This document shows, one piece after another, positions 52,745-64,000 of a stretch of DNA of 64,000 nt (positions within the stretch are counted from its first letter, which is position 1; the number at the start of each line of letters is the position of its first letter). A model generated the notes under the pieces. It made no database searches and was not told where the DNA came from. It saw only the letters and a program-made list of their open reading frames with translations. The translations under genes were made by a program, and so were the position numbers. The stretch covers positions 11,842,001 to 11,906,000 of the forward strand of contig OZ024751.1 of assembly GCA_964016885.1 (NCBI GenBank), given 5' to 3'. Origin of the DNA: Eledone cirrhosa (lineage: Eukaryota).

Positions 52745-54285
52745 GGGGGGGGGAGTTAGTGATGGTTGCGATAGGGGTGTTGTTCTTAGTGGGGGTGTTG
52801 ATGGTGAGGGTTTTGGTGGTGGTCGTGATTGTGGTGTTGTTGTTAGTCGGGGTGGTGGAGGGGATAGTGTTGGTCGTGATGGAGGGGGTGGTTGTTGTTA
52901 GTGAGGGTGGTGGTGATGATGGTGATGGTTTTTGGTGGTGGTCGTGATAGTGGTCGTGTTGTTAGTGGGGGTGGTGGAGGGGATAGTGATGGTCGTGATG
53001 AGGGGTGTTGTTGTTTGTGAGGGTGGTGGTCGTGATTGTGGTGTTGTTGTTAGTCGGGGTGGTGGAGGGGGTCGTGATGGAGGTGTGTTGTTAGTGAGGG
53101 TGGTGGTGGTGGTCGTGATTGTGGTGTTGTTGTTAGTGGAGGTATAGTGATGGTCGTGATGGGGGAGGGGGGTGTTGTTTTTAGTGAGGGTGGTGGTGGT
53201 GGTGTTGATGGTGAGAGTTTCGGTGGTGGTCGTGATTGTGGTGTTGTTGTTAGTGGGATGGTGGGGGGTATAGTGATGGTCGTGATGGGGGGGGGTTGTT
53301 AGTGAGGGTGTTGATGGTGAGGGTTTTGGTGGTGGTCGTGATTGTGTTGTTGTTAGTGGGGGTGGTGGAGGGGGATAGTGATAGTCGTGATGGGGGGGTG
53401 GTAAGTGGTGGTGGTGGAGTTGATAGTGAGGGTTTTGGTGGTGGTCGTGATTGTGTTGTTGTTAGTGGGGGGTGGTGGAGGGGATAGTGATAGTCGTGAT
53501 GGGAGGGGGGTAGTGGTGGTGTTGATAGTGAGGGTTTTGGTGGTGGTCGTGATTGTGTTGTTAGTAGGGGTGGTGGAGGGGATAGTGATAGTCGTGATGG
53601 GAGGGGGGGTAGTGGTGGTGTTGATAGTGAGGGTTTTGGTGGTGGTCGTGATTGTGGTGTTGTTGTTAGTGGGGGTGGTGGAGTGGATATTGACGGTCGT
53701 GATGGAGGGGTGTTGTTGTTAGTGAGGGTGGTGGTGGTGGTGTTGATGGTGAGGGTTTCGGCGGCGGTCGTGATTGTGGTGTTGTTAGTGGGGGTGGTGG
53801 AGGGGATAGTGATGGTCGTGATGGGGGGAGGGGGGTTAGTGGGAGCGGTGGTGATGGGGGAGGGATAATAGTGATGGCAGTGGTGATGGTGATAGTGATG
53901 CTCGTGGTGGGGGTTGTTATTAGTGGGGGCGGTGTTGATGGTGGGGCATTGGTGATGGCAGTAGTGATGGTGATAGTGATGGTGTTGATAGGGTGTTAGC
54001 AGTGAGACTGGTGGTTGTGAAGTAGTGGCGATAGTCGTGGTGGTGTTAGTAGTAATGGTGGCGGTGTAGTTCATGGTGATAGTGGTGACACTCGTGATGT
54101 TAGTGTTGTTGGTTGTAAGAGTGTAGGTGGGAGTACATGTCTTTGTTATGCTGATAGTGATGATGGTGGAGGTTAGTAGTAAGGGTGGGGGTGTTTGGAG
54201 TTGTCAAATTCATGGAGTTGTTGGTCATGATTATGATGGGTGTGCTGTTAATAGTGGGGGCGGGCATGGCGACGGAGTAGTTCAT
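52745..54285. repeat. G/T-rich degenerate minisatellite (~75-90-bp unit)
   Basis: Recurring ggtggtggtcgtgattgtggtgttgttgttagtgggggtggtggaggggatagtga. Confidence 0.9.
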
Positions 54286-54288
54286 TCT

Positions 54289-64000
<9,712 letters not shown>

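Noticed and set aside
53250-54074. 274-aa Pro/Thr/His-rich mucin-like ORF
   Set aside because: Read-through of the G/T minisatellite; units break frame and there is no domain or splice evidence

Overview
AT-rich, repeat-saturated animal genomic DNA. The SINE families and (TA)n load look like an octopus/cephalopod genome (inference). No intact host protein-coding gene is supported, and most long ORFs in the track are translations of (TA)n/(CA)n/(GA)n microsatellites. The real coding remnants are all retroelements: two Neptune-type and one Naiad-type Penelope-like element (PLE; RT + GIY-YIG), an RTE LINE, two RTE 3' fragments and a Dong/R4-type fragment sitting in a (TAA)n repeat. Many tRNA-derived SINEs, a small Tc1/mariner-type MITE, minisatellites and a ~9.7 kb degenerate (TA)n satellite (54.3-64 kb) fill the rest. 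The main unexplained signal is about 20 type I hammerhead ribozyme (HHR) motifs, read by eye, from at least 8 unrelated short non-coding repeat families. These are nearly always embedded in (TA)n arrays and often folded back into long near-perfect palindromes. Two families carry a covariant catalytic core (UUGANAA, U3-A8) instead of CUGANGA, and one of them forms the 3' end of the Naiad element with a ~55-nt stem II. This suggests a dense population of non-autonomous, ribozyme-bearing, TA-targeting PLE derivatives. All ribozyme calls are manual structure matches; cleavage activity is untested.
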